This document shows positions 44,801-55,852 of a DNA stretch of 64,000 nucleotides, piece after piece. The notes under the pieces were generated by a model. It saw only the letters and a program-made list of their open reading frames with translations. It ran no database searches and was not told the DNA's origin. Both the position numbers and the translations under genes were made by a program. How positions within the stretch are numbered: the first letter of the stretch is position 1; every line of letters begins with the position of its first letter. The stretch is taken from positions 214,383 to 278,382 of the forward strand of contig PDIP01000030.1 in assembly GCA_002811645.1 (NCBI GenBank), given 5' to 3'. This DNA comes from Corallochytrium limacisporum Hawaii (taxonomy: Eukaryota; Protista; Pluriformea).

Positions 44801-45084
44801 GCTTGAGCAACTGATAGGTAATATGAAATCCAGATGAATAATGTCAGTACAACTATGGTAGGGACCCAGTACAACAAGAATTGTCGAAGGACGGCTTTTG
44901 AGTCCTTCCCCCGTCGAAGTTTCCGCCCCTTTGCCGAAGAAGCCACTGAAACTGACTTAGGATACGCCCGAGCAAAACCATCGTGAGTGTCTTTAATGTC
45001 CACTGCAATAAGCATCTGTTCTAACTCAAACGTCTCCTCCTGCTTTTCCAAGTGGGTAAAGTATTTCTGAACCCAGTTGCGCAT
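41848..45084 (-). CDS. Membrane hybrid histidine kinase: TM, Cache-like sensor, TM, HisKA, HATPase, possible pseudo-receiver, receiver
   Basis: H box MSHELLTPLNAIIG, N box NMLSNAAKFT, G1 DTGIG, G2 GGTGLGL; receiver ILVAED...LVILDYHMPVMNG...KP. Start acaATG 45084. Confidence 0.95.
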   Translation of the reverse strand: MRNWVQKYFTHLEKQEETFELEQMLIAVDIKDTHDGFARAYPKSVSVASSAKGRKLRRGKDSKAVLRQFLLYWVPTIVVLTLFIWISYYLSVAQAIDKVEIDLVGDIHTLDAAVDRAVNVYASAMSFLSQSQKVRTFVQEYNNGEDTTESKESAQLLFSSFMENYNDLFKLRLIDMSGDEIIRVDMDRDSGVAIVYDDDQLENKADTQYHEPSISLNSTEVYMSRLDLHTEEGVIEEPYMFTFRMSHILCDEVTRQPIVYLIMNVNAEKLLVNEFQKSQMLYDGEGYFLKYAFSTTPVPQLAGFLFPDDDRNTMQELHPSLYKTISNAEPEATQKSRSSVVGWLKADLPARFTSNWYDMTIVSPDMEALTITYVEGSDDLGTADTIFLVCLILWIVMFVTSLLICLNLAVSQVHRRRLRKAFAEDIKRNMASKMRFLATMSHELLTPLNAIIGIAPSLSKAPNLTEEQEENIDLMTQSAYVLNDIIRDVLDVTKIDAGKVELCREHCSIGDIATNTMNMITRAVGKDVRLYTIIGPNVPSTVYIDPFRLRQIIMNMLSNAAKFTKHGFIAVHIDVLGDGEDMHSTNEKSAFDLHHISNETLSSSAKEDCDLDLAKVDKIAIDIGPKDDSSETASLGSEDVPGGQRLRLRITDTGIGMTAAQLQQIFEPFSQADGSTTRKYGGTGLGLHISMKLLKLMGGFMTVESRSHCGSQFTITVPLEEQSTDTLQEPISSIPSFRDSSTPSSSDSQVSFDNAVVVYFKCNEQEKEVLNITSQRVFCGFKPIACDDIASVEQAMGNLPYEMVKLVYLGTASHLCPEASRRLQAITEAKDIRIVRFVDQRLASIFPSGNSTTTGTSGTGNSSSVDGDYGEEAVLPSVNLPKVVTIWDVIGATRSAMQLPNIRTHSSVEEADETIRYAMLKNARILVAEDHKINQRVILKLLKPYVKELVIVENGALAIDALKQNPFDLVILDYHMPVMNGFDAARQICTDMGDYRPYLIGLSACVGSEDAAAGLANGMDHYAVKPIKSEMLLGLLEKTLEERPAKRVPVPLPNIEADPNLNNKSLLRKDMWSKGDDG

Positions 45085-48000
45085 TGTCGTCTTCCGATTT
45101 GTTTGCAATTTAGTATGGTGCTATAACTTGAGAATTTGAACTCTCCCAGAGATCATGGTGGTTTCATCTTCGCCATATTGTTTATTAGCGTGTATTTCTG
45201 TTAATCGTTTTAGATTTCGTATTATGTTCACTCTATCAAGTCCAGAAACCACCTGTAGTCTTAGCGCTATTGATCATCCAAGTACCAGCTACCCTTTCCC
45301 CCCTTCAAATTAGTAGATCTGATCCATAACCATGATCATCTTGCTGCGCTCCCACTACACAACTTGATATCGCTGTGCGCACTATAAATCAATCCATGTC
45401 AGTCCTTTGGACATATTGGTCTCCAAACCCGCTTGCAAATAAACCCACTGCTACTGATGATGTGAAAGACCCAATGGTCGCGAAGCCTCTTAGTTAGATA
45501 CGTACCAGCAGCACCTCCCCCTTCCTGAAGAGCCACTCGGTACACCGCTCAGGCTCGAGGCCACCCCCCTCCCCCCCCTCCTCCCTTCCACTCCCTTTTT
45601 CCTGTATCACCAGTATAGACCCGATCTGTCACGTATTCTTGAATGATCTTCCCCTCCTGTGCAAATTCGCCCTAATTTGTCTATACATTTACTATCAGAT
45701 ATGGAACCTTACCCATTTCGAGCTCGGTGCACCCAGGGAAGGGACAGACAATTCCCCCACTTGGCTGGCAATAATGTGGCAATGCCTGGTCGGCTCAAAA
45801 AGAGCCCAAATCGCCGAAAAATCCAAAGATTATCTGGGCCTGAGATCGATAATGCACGTTATTTTCCCGTGGAACCGGACCAACCGATGGGCCCCCCTAT
45901 ACAATAATGAATAAATTTTCTTGGGAGGACAATTGTACAAGCAGCTCCCAGCCCCTGGTTGCCTCCTCTTATTTCTTTATCGCGACACGCATCAAGGTAT
46001 GCACATGACACGGACCATAATGGAAAGCAATGTTGAAATTGACATACGTACGTGTGTCGAGTAGGAACATACTCACGGCGTGTGTAGTGAGCCGTGCCTT
46101 GTTCACTACATATTTATTTGGCGTTGCGATGAGCTCCATGATGCTCGTCGTTCTGCCATACGGTCCTGCGATATTTCTAGTTGCTGTCTGTCATCAGCAG
46201 ATCACTGGCTGGGGAACGTTGGTGTAGCCACTTGGAATGGTTTGAGGGAAGCAGATAGTGGGTTCTGGAGGCGAGAGTGGGGAAGGGAGGGGGGGAATTG
46301 CGGGAATTTGGGAGGAAGGGTGGCAGTGGAAAAGATACTTAAAGAAGGATTCTTGGCCATACCAAACCCTGTGCCGAAATTCAGCCTGACCCTCTCTTTG
46401 CCTCACATTTGGTAATTTTTTTTGGTTACCCCCTCGCTTCCTCCTTGTTTCCTTCGGGTTGCTGTTTTTGGGGAGGGTACATTAAATATGTGACCCACTT
46501 TTTTGTCCTGCCACTGCTTCTGGTAGAGTGTATCCTAGTGCAGGTCGATACTGTCGATGGACACTCATGTGCAACACACCCGTTGTTTCCTCTCGACTCC
46601 CCCTCCCCTCCTCCCTTCTCTCCTTCCCTCTCCCTCCTCCCCCTCCATTTTCCCATCTCCCCTTTCCTTACCCCGCCGATCTCACTCTACCCGCGACCCC
46701 CAGCATGGCTTTTTTCATTTTCAAGTTAGCTCCCCTTGGCCAATCGCTGGCGATTTTTCTTCACTGCTTCCATTAGGTCGGACGTGCCGATAGTGGTTTT
46801 CAGGATCACGGACATGTACGCTCGCGGAGGGATGAACGTAAACCAAAACACAACATCGGTGTGCTCACTCGGGATGTTTTTACGGTGTCTTTCCATAAGT
46901 TTCCATAAGAGGACTTGAATAGAAATGGAGCGGTATGAAAACAAGATCAAAAAACAAAGAGAAACAAAAGCAAATCAAGATCTATGTAATTCCAAGACCC
47001 TTGCGATGTGAAAGTTTCAGGGAGCATGTGTTAACAGTGAGCTGGCAGGGCCAGCGTGTGACCAATGCACCAGAGACAAGCAAGCAGATCTGTACCCGGA
47101 ATTCCCGACATCGTCAATTCCTAACGTCGATCCTGAAAGGAAAATGTATTGCCACACATAAGTCTGTAAAATACGGGCATCCAACATCAAGACTCCGACG
47201 ATCACAAGGGACTTTTCGATTCTGGTGGATCGTAAGGCAAAATCTTAGAGGCCGGGCACATACAACGTACCGTTCTCCAAGAAAGACAGTAGATAGCGAA
47301 TACAGAAGAGATGGATGGAATTGATAGGGTTAATGCAACCGCAGAAAGAGTTTAACCTACTCTCTCCGGCATGAATAGACCCATGAACCGCCACCACTAT
47401 TGCCAATATTACTACACCATCGCGTAAAAAGTGGTGAATGATCCAAAGACGGTAGGGGAGAAGGAGCACTAGGGAGGGCACGACGCGTTCGCCTCCGAGA
47501 AGTTGTCCCGCGTACCCATTAACACCGGTCCTCTTTCGTTACCTTCGGCGTGCTATAGTAAATGTACTGATACCAATTTCCTGCCTAATTCGATGCTGCC
47601 TAGTTTTACATTTCGATGGTTCATGGTTTAGTGTTGTACCGCAGGGCATTATTATGGGCGAGGATGGGGACATATTGCCTAATTGAATAGGAACTGATTC
47701 ATTGGTGTACTGCATATGACCGCAGTAGCTTGTTTTGCTGTCGGTACGCTAACACTTCCCTTCCTCCCACTTGGCAAACCATATGGACGGTCGCTAGCCA
47801 GGGTATTGAGTACAGGAGATCGTGTGAACACACCGCGTCACATGTTAGGCATCAAGACGTCTTCTGTTTGGTATCCGTGCATGCTCTCAGCATGCCTCAG
47901 AGTAGGATGGATGACGAGGGAAAACAGACGCTGTGTGACAAGATCAATGCACCGCTACGCATACACCTTGCGCAAATGATCAATTGAACATCACCAATGC

Positions 48001-49416
48001 CACCCAATCGCATTCGCTCGTCACCGCTGCTGCGAACTTCGTCACACCGCACATGATTTGATACACTAGCCTGCGCGCCTCATCGAAATTGTCGAAGGTG
48101 TTTGAGGAACCTCCTCATGGACAACGGATCCACCCCAGAACGAGAACGCGAGAATGATCAAAATGATGTGCTTCCCAACAAGAATCGTAAATGCCAAGCA
48201 CATTGGGCCATCACACGTACTAGCAAGCGAGTAAGCAAGCTAGGCCATTGCACAACCCTGCGCGTTACGGAGCGGCGGGAGGATAGCCAGTAGAAAGAAG
48301 CCAATTAATTTTCCTGCTAAATATATGCAAATGGCTCAAACACATTCAACATTGACGTGAGACGTCCCTGGGCACAAAACGGAAACGTACCGGATGGGAC
48401 GTAGTCGTCCGTGACTATTTTTTGCGTCCATGGGGTCGCTCGATGGATTAATCCAAAATAATGATAACTGTCAAATATAGAGGGGTTCAGTTCATATCTG
48501 TTCGAAATACTCGCAATGGGTGGAGGCAGCTCAGCTCGCACAGCTGGCGGCGGCGGATGAGTGCGGCTGATCTGTGGAGAGTGAGAAACGGGCGGAGACC
48601 ACAAGGAAAGCATGAAACAAATTAAAGGTGTATCGGACAGTGTACAAGTGGCGGCCCATGCAAAAGTGTGGCGGTCCAACATCGACCCATCATTTCTGGT
48701 CCCGAATCAGCTGAGCGGTGAAGCAGAAAATAAATCTGCTGGCTTTCTCTGGTGCGGGACTTGCTCTGCCTCGGCCGCAGCGGGGCAAAAAAAACTACAC
48801 AGTTCTGGAACCAGCCAGCGCCGCCACCCGCGCAGGACGGAGTTAAAATTTATGGTGTGTAGATCGATGGAGAACAAACAAGCGGCCAGCGAATATTTTC
48901 TTCCGGGTATTCTCTCAAATCTTCCCGATTCGCATTTTTCTTGGGCGGGCAGCAGTGAGAGTGTTTGCGGTTTGATCCGGTGGATTCTGTTCGCTGTTGA
49001 CAAGGGATACTAGGAGTGTCAAGATTCTCTTTGTTGTGTGTGTGTGTACTAGGCCGTGTTGCGAACCCGTGGAGCAGAAATCTTTGGCCTCCACAGCCCC
49101 GCTGATTTCATACACCAACGGGGGATAAAAAAAGCCGGTGGTCCCTAGGAAATCGTGGTGGGTTTTGGAAAGTCAGTGTGTCGGCACTTTGCAAAAGAGG
49201 AAGGACATGGCGTTTGGCGCGGCGGTCAAAACCAGTGGGAAATGAAGACAAGGTAGATCAGAAAAAGTAGCGGAAATACTCACTGATTTCACTGGCCCTG
49301 CATACTGGTAAATAGCGGTCTACTGTGTTCGTAAACGTATTGCACAACGACCTTGGGCCCTTTGTCGATATCGAGGTTCAGACAGGGATATGTTATAGGC
49401 TGGAACGCCAATAATC

Positions 49417-51405
49417 ATGGACCTTACATTTTATTACAACGATCGGGACTGTGTAATTCAATTGCCCGAGGATGGCAGTGGTGACGATCTTCTTGAAATC
49501 CACAAGGTACTGAAGGAGGCCTTCGGTATCGAGGAAGACGCCATGCTAATGCTCTTTTCGAAGGACAGTCAGCTTGAAATGCTCCAGGAATACACAGACT
49601 TCAAGCGGTGGAATGAGAACGGTGTTAGCAACATTACTGTCAAGCTCAAGGAACCAGACGTGGATTCACAGGAAGGTGTCGCACAAGACGACGTCCTGGC
49701 GCAAATGCAGCACCAGCGCATGCAGCAGCAATTGCACCAAAAGGCACCGCCCAGACCTCCGAAGCAAGACTCTGTCACATCCATAGAAGTTCCTAGCGAA
49801 CCCACACATATACCATACCTCAAAAAGCGTACAGACAGTCTAGAATTCCTTGCACAGGGTAAGGGAGAGGCACCAAATGAAAGCATTCTCAACGCAGTGC
49901 GTACTCTGGCGGTGAAGGTCAACACCGTCGCTGGCAAGGTCGCATACCAGCCCTTCCTGATTGATTCCAACTGTTTCTACCGGGCAACAACCTATGTTTT
50001 TATGGAGCGTGCAATCCTAACCGGAGCAGGTAGTCAGCTAGCTAACCTTTTGAACAAAGTTAAATGGATGAAGGAAAAGGGAACGCCAAAGATTCAGCAG
50101 GACACCTTTGAACAGACTAGCTTCATCTTGAATACCACGTTGAAACAGATGGCTGAAGCTAGCAAGCAATCTGATAAGGAACGGGACAACGCTCTCATGA
50201 AATTGGCGAGGAACCTAGCTGAGGTATGGAACTATGAGAATGCCACACCGCAGCTCCACCACCTCGACCGGGCGCTTATGCTTATGAGCAGGGGCCTCAC
50301 TGTCAATACGATTGCTGCCAATTTAGCTAGTCGCTACGGGTTCTACCTTAACGAATTGGAGAATATGCAGCAGGTTATGGGATGGTGTCTGGATAACATT
50401 CTGCGCTGGGACCACCGAGTACCTCAACCGTTGGCTGTGGACGCGTTTGCGCGCGCCCTTGACATGCACATCTTGCTTCTACAGCCCCAGGGCGCAGACG
50501 ACAGTGGTGTTGTACTGGACGTGTCTTTATTTGGATACCAAGGGGATACAAAGCCGCAGCGGTCGAATACTTGTTGTCTCCTGTTAGTATTCCACTCGTT
50601 TGTGCGCATTAGTGTGAGCAGTGACGGTTTCGACCGCCTGTTGGGACAGGCGCGTCCCAAGTTCTTGACTCCCCAGGAGCAACAGGGTCTCTTTGGCAGC
50701 GTCAATGGCCAGGAAGCTGCCGATGATGGTGAGGCACAACAGGCTGACGAAATATCATCTCTGCATCCCGAAGACAAATCTAATCCGATGCGGAAATCCG
50801 GCACTAGCGTAGAAAACATTCAGACCTCATTGAATTCGGTGGATAAGTCAACATTGAATCTGCGGGATCAGAATACGTGGAAGCCATATGATAAAGTAGG
50901 ACCGGCAACTTCTGAACCCGGTGAAGCAGCCGACCAGGAAACCGCTGCCGCAACGCCACCGCCGTTGTTGCGCAGCGCTACGGACAACATGAACGACTGG
51001 GTAACGCAGACTGGCAACATTGACGTCTCGCCAGAATCGGAGGACGACGCCAAAGCGGAGGCCGCCCCGGCTCGGCCACCACGCCGCAAAGGTCACGGTA
51101 ACAGCGAGAATGCGCCTAAGGAAGTCCAGAGCTCGGTGTCCGGGGACGAGAAGGCGCGTCTGAGGAAGTCACATCCCCTTGGTCTCAGTAGTGATCATAT
51201 TCTCATCGACGATCCCAGCAATGCTCTCGGTGAGGCAGTACACGATGACGCCCCCTTGGTCTCAGTTAAGGAAAATACCAATTCGAATTCAGACACTGTG
51301 ACCATAAGCAAGAAGGAGTACGAGGAGCTATTGGAGAAGGTAGAGCGCCTGAAGATAATTGAAGACCAACTGAACGCTTTGAAGGCCCTGACAGGCGGCA
51401 AGTAA
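49417..51405 (+). CDS. Hypothetical protein with a candidate otubain-like (peptidase C65) domain and C-terminal coiled coil
   Basis: 662 aa ORF; DSNCFYRA..Y.FME resembles otubain DGNCFYRA; disordered C-terminal third. Confidence 0.7.
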   Translation: MDLTFYYNDRDCVIQLPEDGSGDDLLEIHKVLKEAFGIEEDAMLMLFSKDSQLEMLQEYTDFKRWNENGVSNITVKLKEPDVDSQEGVAQDDVLAQMQHQRMQQQLHQKAPPRPPKQDSVTSIEVPSEPTHIPYLKKRTDSLEFLAQGKGEAPNESILNAVRTLAVKVNTVAGKVAYQPFLIDSNCFYRATTYVFMERAILTGAGSQLANLLNKVKWMKEKGTPKIQQDTFEQTSFILNTTLKQMAEASKQSDKERDNALMKLARNLAEVWNYENATPQLHHLDRALMLMSRGLTVNTIAANLASRYGFYLNELENMQQVMGWCLDNILRWDHRVPQPLAVDAFARALDMHILLLQPQGADDSGVVLDVSLFGYQGDTKPQRSNTCCLLLVFHSFVRISVSSDGFDRLLGQARPKFLTPQEQQGLFGSVNGQEAADDGEAQQADEISSLHPEDKSNPMRKSGTSVENIQTSLNSVDKSTLNLRDQNTWKPYDKVGPATSEPGEAADQETAAATPPPLLRSATDNMNDWVTQTGNIDVSPESEDDAKAEAAPARPPRRKGHGNSENAPKEVQSSVSGDEKARLRKSHPLGLSSDHILIDDPSNALGEAVHDDAPLVSVKENTNSNSDTVTISKKEYEELLEKVERLKIIEDQLNALKALTGGK

Positions 51406-51545
51406 GGATGGGCAGTTGCGGAGTCCCAGTACGATTAAATGTGTAACTTTCATATTGTTGGCGTATCTTATATTGTAAATGATTGGGGTTATATACAAGG
51501 GACACGTGCGTGCCGGTGATTGCCCGAGTCATGCACAATCCACAA

Positions 51546-53930
51546 TTAGGTGGTGAGAATATTGGGCAGGGCGGCGGCATCGCTGCCAAAGAATGAAGCC
51601 TTGCAGTCCGGCACGGTCTCAAAGCCAGGAAGGCACTTGAGGATGCCCTCGTCATCTGGCTGGTAGGGGTACAGAATGAGATGACCCTTCATATCAACGG
51701 GCTTCTCCTGTAGGAAGAGCTTGGCGTTCTCCTCGCACACCTCACGTACAGCAGCCACGCATTCCGGCTTGGCCGGGTCACGATACTCCTCTTTCAGACC
51801 GTTGAGGTGCTCATTAAATAGAGCCATGCGGAAGCCGTACACCTGTCCGCGAGGGGTGGCACCATGCTTGACATGGTGGTGCATCTGGTAGCCCCCCATG
51901 CAGATCTCTGTGTCACGATTGGCACCCATGGAGCGCTGGTTGATGTTGGCAGAGCCAATGATGACGTACTCGTCATCGACAATCATCAGCTTGGAGTGCA
52001 CGTAGATCATGAAGCGACGGGTTTTGGCGAGCGTTTGGCCCATGCCCTTCTTGGCCACTCCACTTGCTTGGGATCCCTCCTCCGTTTCGCGGTTCACGGG
52101 ACAGTAGAAAGTCAAATAGTCAGTGGCCTTCTTGTCACTGCCAACTTCCTTGAGGCAGGCGTGGATCATCTTGTACATGAACTGAATGGTGTTGTACTGC
52201 CAGTGCAGAATCTCTTGGATGGTCGCACTCTCTGGGTCTCCCTCCGGATAAATCGGAATCACAATGTAGGCGCAGAAGTCCTCACCGGCGCGGATCTTCT
52301 CGCAACACTTGAGGGAAATCTCAAGGGGCACAAGCTGGCACGCCTCCATATCTTGGTGGCTGTCCCAGGCATGGCAAGAACCCAGGAAGTACTGGTTCTC
52401 GATGTAGATGTGCTTCTTGGCTCGGCGAATCTGGTGCACATAGGCCCGATGAATACTATCGTCGACGTGACGACCCTTTTTCAGGTTCAGATACTCTTCC
52501 TTTAGGCCCTCATCAGCGTGCTTACCCATCTGGGCACTGCGACCGTCGATACTGCGCAAAATCTGCACAGCCCATTCCTCCTGGTTGTGGTGTATATCCT
52601 TCGCAGGCTGGATGAGGTTCTTGACGTGCGTGAGATGGACCAGATCGCGGTGGTGGAGAAGTTTTACCTGCTTGTGCCAACGTTCCTCAAAATTGATCAT
52701 GATATCACGCGCAGCCTGGCCCTCCACGCGGGAGTGAATGTCGTGCCAGGGCTGGCGTGGGCCGACGGTAGGGTCCAATTCGTAGCAATGATTGGCACTG
52801 TCGCCTTTGTGCACACCGGTCAGAGTGCGCCACAAGGGATGGGAACCATCATCGTAGCGACCGTCAGTGAGGTCGATACCGCCGCAGTAGGCAATGATGT
52901 GGCGCACATTGCATGCCTCGACACTCTTGGGAGCGTCACATACCACGAGCTTCTGGTGATGGGTGAAGAGACCGCCGACACTCTTCGATTCTAGCATGCT
53001 GTTGCTCTCACCGCCAGCACGTTCAACATGGAACATTTTGACTTTTGTCTTCTTGAAGTAGGCGAAGGTCTCCTCATCATGGGTGCCCATGACGCCACCT
53101 GTGCTGATGATGCCCTTGTTGCTGCTCAGATCATTCCAGACCAGAATGCAGATCCTCAGACCATCCTCAGCCCTCTGCTTAAGCACCTCCCCCAGGGTCT
53201 CTCCTTTACCCTCAGCGTCACGATTCATAATCAGATCGGCCCAAACTGCCCAGCCGGCGATATAGATGAACTCTTTGGCCTCCTTGATGCTATCCCACAT
53301 ATCATCCCAGCAGCTGCGATCGTCGTACACGGCATTGCCGTCCAAGTTCAGGGGGAACTGCTTCAAACGTTCTGCCTGCTCAGGATTCACACGAGCATCA
53401 TGGTACAGGCGAACCGAGCAGCCAGTGCGAATGGGGTAGTAAACGTGGGGCACTTCAGGAGTCATTTTGGTCTTCTCAACGGTCACAAACTCGATCTCCA
53501 GGTGTAGCTCACCCTTCTCATTCTCGCCATTCTCCTTCTTCAGGGGGAACCAACCATCCTTTGGCTCGCCGGTGGCCAGTTCCTTCATGTCGAACCACAC
53601 AAAGCCCAGATGATCAACACCAGCAGCGTCATCATCCTTCACACTGATCTCCAGTTTGTCGCCGATGTCGGCAATGGGGATCTCATACTTTTCGTTGAAG
53701 TGGGGGTCAAGAGTGTTGTCGTGGCGCTTGGTCTTGATTAGACGGTTGTGTCCAATGCGTACAGTAACGTAAGGATCACTCAAGTCGCGGGTCACCTTGG
53801 ACAACATCCTGCCAAGTTTAGAGGGCAGGAGGGCGTCCGCATTGCGAAGGTGCCTGGCAGCAATGATGTTGATCTTGAGGGTGCCATGCCACACATCTTT
53901 GTCTCCGAGAGGCTTAGTAGAGGACGGCAT
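51546..53930 (-). CDS. C2-domain phospholipase D (plant PLD alpha/beta/gamma/delta type)
   Basis: C2 domain (SDPYVTV), HHQKLVVCD, GGIDLTDGRYD, PRQPWHDIH, IYIENQYFLG, VHSKLMIVDD, IGSANINQRS and terminus LPNILTT. Start aaaATG 53930. Confidence 0.95.
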   Translation of the reverse strand: MPSSTKPLGDKDVWHGTLKINIIAARHLRNADALLPSKLGRMLSKVTRDLSDPYVTVRIGHNRLIKTKRHDNTLDPHFNEKYEIPIADIGDKLEISVKDDDAAGVDHLGFVWFDMKELATGEPKDGWFPLKKENGENEKGELHLEIEFVTVEKTKMTPEVPHVYYPIRTGCSVRLYHDARVNPEQAERLKQFPLNLDGNAVYDDRSCWDDMWDSIKEAKEFIYIAGWAVWADLIMNRDAEGKGETLGEVLKQRAEDGLRICILVWNDLSSNKGIISTGGVMGTHDEETFAYFKKTKVKMFHVERAGGESNSMLESKSVGGLFTHHQKLVVCDAPKSVEACNVRHIIAYCGGIDLTDGRYDDGSHPLWRTLTGVHKGDSANHCYELDPTVGPRQPWHDIHSRVEGQAARDIMINFEERWHKQVKLLHHRDLVHLTHVKNLIQPAKDIHHNQEEWAVQILRSIDGRSAQMGKHADEGLKEEYLNLKKGRHVDDSIHRAYVHQIRRAKKHIYIENQYFLGSCHAWDSHQDMEACQLVPLEISLKCCEKIRAGEDFCAYIVIPIYPEGDPESATIQEILHWQYNTIQFMYKMIHACLKEVGSDKKATDYLTFYCPVNRETEEGSQASGVAKKGMGQTLAKTRRFMIYVHSKLMIVDDEYVIIGSANINQRSMGANRDTEICMGGYQMHHHVKHGATPRGQVYGFRMALFNEHLNGLKEEYRDPAKPECVAAVREVCEENAKLFLQEKPVDMKGHLILYPYQPDDEGILKCLPGFETVPDCKASFFGSDAAALPNILTT

Positions 53931-55852
53931 TTTCAAATGTTGTTTCAACCAGCCGATCTAGAGAACGTATCCAGAGGTCAGAATGGAAATGCGGCCTGCC
54001 ACTGAAAGTCTTGCTCCTTCTTTTCTGAATTAGGTAGTCACGACCGAAGGCTGTCATCTCTACCGTGCAAGATGGTCGATATGCTGCAAGACTATCGCAA
54101 CGATGTCAAAGTTCCACTGCTGATATTTACTGAACGTGCGACAGCTTTGACAGCCAGCCTCGCGATTCAGGAACCAGGAATTTTCCGATGCCCTGTAGTG
54201 AACTCTAGTATGTTTTTGCTACACGTTCCAACGGGCCAAGAGCCTTGCATCTGCAAAGTAGAGTCGAGAGAACAACTCGCCGGTGTAGTATTGGTGTTCT
54301 GTGAGTTGATACTCATTTAGATCTGCGAATTATGCAATGTCCTCGCCATCGCCATAATTTCTTCCGTCCAGGATCCAAGCACTCGCCCTTCGTGCTCCAC
54401 TGGGAATTTGTCAAGCTATTCAAGAACACTGCAATCATACCGGAATGGAAACAGTCCGCACAACCCAGCCGGTTCCGCAATACTTCTCGGCTGCTGTGCC
54501 ATCGTACTTGCAGATCAATCCATCTGATACCGTCCACTGTTGTGTATTCCAATGCGGACTCGGGCGGGTTTCCTCTCCCATCAAATCTCAGATCCGAACA
54601 GCAGCACGGATTCTCTCCCGCTTGCCCATGTTCCGTAGATGCTGGGGTGGTACACAAAGGCCCCCCCCCTCCTCTCCCGTCCTATCGGGCACGACAAGGG
54701 GGGGGGGAGGGGGGCAAGATCAGCCAGCCAGAGATTGCGGTGGTATCTTCGATAGCCCCGTAGGATTCCTGTGGAGAGAATTCGTTTCGGTTCCCCTGTG
54801 CACCCCTGCGCACCCGCGTTCTCGCCGGGTACCGGCCCCCCCCCCTCCCTTAGGGGGCGAGGGGGGAAATGCAATAAAAAAGTACCGTTCTTTCTTGTCT
54901 GTTTGTTTGTTTTTATTGGGGGAACAAAACATTCTCCGGTAAACCGGCCAAAAGGAAAGAACTTCGAATAGTTCTTTCCTCAGGTTTCCTATCCCCGTTC
55001 CCTCAAAATCTCACCCACAAGGGAAACTTCATAAAAAAAGTTGCAGCGTAACCGTTATACGTCACATTTGCAAAGAGAGAGCAAGAGAGAGCGAGAGAGG
55101 CAGAGAGGCCGAGGTGGCGGCGAGATGGGGGTTTTTCTTTCACTTTGCGAACCCCGAGGTTGGTTCCCGCTTTTTAGCAGAGGGCGATTTAGTTGTAGCG
55201 ACTGACTCAGTGGGGGGGGTTGCCTTGATCTTGGCAGCACGGACACAGTCGGATCGGGAGTCCATTTATTCTGCGCTCATCGTCTTTGATAATTCAATAT
55301 ACTTTGGTGGAGACTTTGAAACGAGATGAGAGAGACCCGCTTTTAATACTTTTTCTTGTCTTGGGGTTCCCCTCAGTATGCGCCCGTGTGTTTAGGACCC
55401 GAGGCCAAGGGCCCCTGTGCGTTACCATATTCAAAGTACGGAAAGTAGAGAAGATTTGCCGCCTTTCCCAAGTGATCGTCGCCACCGGCGAGACAGACAG
55501 AGGAAGGGCCGACGGCTGGGGTACGTGGCAGGGAGCTGGTCACTGCTTGGAATGCACTGGGTTTTTGGGGTTGTTAGTCGTTGACTTCCTTGCGGACGTC
55601 CTTCCCGATTTCTCTTTTGATTTCTTAGAATCCCTTTTAGTTACCGACATTAGGTAACCAGTGTCTGTCGCGCTCCATCACCAAGGTTTGTTCTCGACAG
55701 AAAGAAGGTATACAATAGCAAACATCATTCACGTGATAGGCATCCCATTTGCTGGTACCACTGCGACTGCGAGCAAGGAATAGAGTCTTTGGTGATGACG
55801 TGAAATTCTTGTTCACACCAACCAACAGCAAAGAGAATAGACGAAGGGAAAT

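Noticed and set aside
41848-45084. Bacterial contamination as the source of bacterial-type genes
   Set aside because: Contiguous without a gap with PUS10, the DHHC enzyme and RPL39; same start context; no operon structure.
51864-53507. Several 150-210 aa plus-strand ORFs
   Set aside because: Antisense shadows of the PLD gene.
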